Below, piece after piece: positions 62,091-64,000 of a stretch of 64,000 nt of DNA; within the stretch, counting starts at the first letter, position 1; every line of letters starts with the position of its first letter. The position numbers and the translations under genes were made by a program. The notes below the pieces were generated by a model that did not search any database, was not told the DNA's origin, and worked only from the letters and a program-made list of their open reading frames with translations. This stretch comes from an uncultured bacterium. Its GTDB lineage: Bacteria; Fidelibacterota; Marinisomatia; Marinisomatales; UBA1611. The stretch is from assembly GCA_964511215.1 (NCBI GenBank), contig CAZEER010000003.1, positions 6,457-70,456 of the forward strand, given 5' to 3'.

Positions 62091-64000
62091 TTATTTCAAA
62101 AAAGTCATTTTCTTTATATCCCGAAATTGTTTGCCTGCACTTATTTCGTAAAAATAAATACCAGTCGTCACTTGCTCTCCATATTGGTTCTCACCATTCC
62201 ATTCAAATTCATAATTCCCGGCTTCGAGCTTTTCATTACGATATTCATAAATACGTTGCCCAAGTATATTATAGATATTTATTTGTACATCCATATTGGC
62301 AATAATTCCAAAAGTAAATGAAGTGGTAGGGTTAAATGGATTTGGAAAATTATTACTCAAGAAAAATTCATTTGGGATAGTACCAGAATCTATTCCAGCC
62401 AAAGGAATACAAATTGAATCAGGGTTAAAGTCTTCCACGGGCATTGGAGGGTCAGGTTGCCAGTGGTCCATGGGAAAAGTGTAATCTCTCCACCAGCAGT
62501 CATTGTTTGCATTTGCGTGATGATATCTTGCTCGAGATCCTCCAAAACCAAATCCTCCACCTTCTTCAACATATGCAAGCTCAGATACATCATAGAAACC
62601 CCAGGTATAGATCATATGCCAGGGAAAGGGACCAATAAATGTAGGAGCCGCAGAGTAAGTACCATCACCATTAGCCGTTGCCCACATTTTATGATCACCT
62701 CCACCGAGACCTTGTAATAATTTTAGCCAATGATCTTTTAATGATAGATAAACAGAATCCTCCGCAGGATTAAAACCAAGTGAATCTGCTCCTGTCATAT
62801 CTACATTGAAGGTCAATGTAATTGATTGTCCGCTAGGTACTACACCTCCTGCAGGTAAATCATAATATCCGGCTAAAGGTAGCTCCAAGAGCCCAGTATC
62901 ATCTTCTATACCAAGCTCAAAAACTCTATTACCTCCGCCATATTGGGGGGAATTTTCCCAACCTATGTAATCAGGTGGGTCACCATAAGTTATACTTAAG
63001 TATTCCACTGATGTTGAATCAAGGTGCATATAATATTTATATTCAATTGGAGCGGTTGGGAACCCACTTATACTGACAGCGATACTAAATAAATTTGTTC
63101 CCGGAGTACGGGTCATTTCACAATCGGCAGGATCATCACAATCCCATCCATTAAAACCACCCCGCAATTGCATTTGATCGCCTCTAGAAAGGCTAAATAC
63201 TGGCATTCCGGATGCACCTTCTTCATCGAGCCATTCGGTCATGTCAACTGAGAAAATCACGGTTTTGGTAATTGGATCACCTTGATATGGAATAGTAATA
63301 TTAGTAGATCCTGTGATAGAACCATCATCCTCAATAGTAAACTCCTGATTAGGCTCTCCAATAATATTTAATAACCAGTTACCATACCCATCGCTACCAT
63401 CACATATATCACATGTGGTACCATTGCCATTATCGGTATCAATTGCACCCCATTCATAAGAATTTGGTCCAATTACGTTTTCTAATACAGTTGTCCAAAT
63501 TAAATCACCTGCTGTTTCATCGCCATTAGTACCATCATCATACCCTTGTACCACAGCCCAATTTGTCATAGTACCTTTGAATCTTATATCTTGGAACCCA
63601 TTACCTTCATCGGTAAGAGTAAGGATTACTGTTGAATATACAATGTCATCATTTGTGGGAGGTTCATTATTAAAATATGCCCAGGCCAGTGTGGTATCTA
63701 CTGAGCTTGTGAATACTCTATTATTGATACTTTCCCAACCGCCGAGTCCATGCTGGAATTTATAGGAAATAACTGTACCACCTTCCGGATCAAAAGAAAA
63801 ACTTCCAGACCAAAACTCAGAATCATCTTCTTGAGTCAGTGGTTCCCCTTCCCAGCTATTCATGTATCCAGCAATATACATAGTGTCCCCGTCGTACCCA
63901 AGGATACCAGCAGTGCTTACTCGAAAAAAGACATCGATACTATCCGTTTCAGTAAAAGGAGGTGATGTACCATTTTCCCAGTAATCATATGCAAGAAATG
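62091..64000 (-). CDS. Secreted multi-domain protein with repeated CBM-like beta-sandwich modules and T9SS C-terminal sorting domain; N-terminus beyond window end
   Basis: The track begins at M (63881), but my translation stays open upstream to 64000 (...FLAYDYWENGTSPPFTETDSIDVFFRVSTAGILGYDGDTMYIAGYMNSWEG). It has recurrent (V/I)x(F/L)xGxxxxW modules. The C-terminus is NNFPNPFNPTTSFTF...GIYFYEISAGKQFRDIKKMTFLK. Confidence 0.8.
   Translation of the reverse strand, partial: FLAYDYWENGTSPPFTETDSIDVFFRVSTAGILGYDGDTMYIAGYMNSWEGEPLTQEDDSEFWSGSFSFDPEGGTVISYKFQHGLGGWESINNRVFTSSVDTTLAWAYFNNEPPTNDDIVYSTVILTLTDEGNGFQDIRFKGTMTNWAVVQGYDDGTNGDETAGDLIWTTVLENVIGPNSYEWGAIDTDNGNGTTCDICDGSDGYGNWLLNIIGEPNQEFTIEDDGSITGSTNITIPYQGDPITKTVIFSVDMTEWLDEEGASGMPVFSLSRGDQMQLRGGFNGWDCDDPADCEMTRTPGTNLFSIAVSISGFPTAPIEYKYYMHLDSTSVEYLSITYGDPPDYIGWENSPQYGGGNRVFELGIEDDTGLLELPLAGYYDLPAGGVVPSGQSITLTFNVDMTGADSLGFNPAEDSVYLSLKDHWLKLLQGLGGGDHKMWATANGDGTYSAAPTFIGPFPWHMIYTWGFYDVSELAYVEEGGGFGFGGSRARYHHANANNDCWWRDYTFPMDHWQPDPPMPVEDFNPDSICIPLAGIDSGTIPNEFFLSNNFPNPFNPTTSFTFGIIANMDVQINIYNILGQRIYEYRNEKLEAGNYEFEWNGENQYGEQVTTGIYFYEISAGKQFRDIKKMTFLK

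Noticed and set aside
1-64000. Search for mobile elements, CRISPR arrays, tRNA/rRNA genes, prophage or defence islands
   Set aside because: I saw no transposase, integrase or recombinase motifs, no regularly spaced direct repeats, no GC-rich tRNA-like segments and no flanking inverted repeats. The lexA-imuB-dnaE2 cassette has no visible boundaries of a mobile element.

Overview
This is a visibly AT-rich, densely coding chromosomal segment. I saw no rRNA, tRNA, CRISPR array, transposase or integrase. Two secreted proteins end in FPNPFNP-type T9SS C-terminal sorting domains, which suggests an uncultured FCB-superphylum-like marine heterotroph (inference only). Block 1 (1-17.9 kb) is an aerobic respiration island. 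It holds an aa3-type cytochrome c oxidase operon with coxB last and a dicluster ferredoxin inside, plus copper-handling proteins. It also holds a non-canonical b6-type Rieske/cytochrome b operon: a 437-aa repeat protein, three unlisted mini-TM ORFs, a HEAT protein, Rieske, split cytochrome b and a 999-aa octahaem cytochrome c. A divergent ctaA-sco-ctaB-DUF420 haem A operon sits across a perfect TTGAT-N4-ATCAA box. Block 2 (17.9-28.9 kb) has a solitary 1526-aa adenylase-unknown-GNAT giant, a GAF-HD-GYP protein, DASS and MATE transporters, PCD and BioY. Block 3 (28.9-50.8 kb) is a roughly 20-kb cluster that reads as a peptidoglycan/amino-sugar scavenging locus. It contains two SSS transporters, SpoIID, a sugar kinase, NagZ, a GH3-serine hydrolase fusion, GH18, NamZ, NlpC/P60, PBP4, a DUF1460 amidase and a NagB-PIG-L fusion. 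Block 4 (50.8-64 kb) has a cytochrome c, KpsF, a cyclase, a PAS-MenA fusion, a lexA-imuB-dnaE2 cassette without imuA, a GH43 enzyme and a T9SS cargo protein. It also has two adjacent selenoprotein candidates with in-frame TGA at the redox Cys position, a Bcp peroxiredoxin and a SelW-like protein, which the ORF track splits or misses. All functional calls come from motif recognition by eye. No database search or structure prediction was run.
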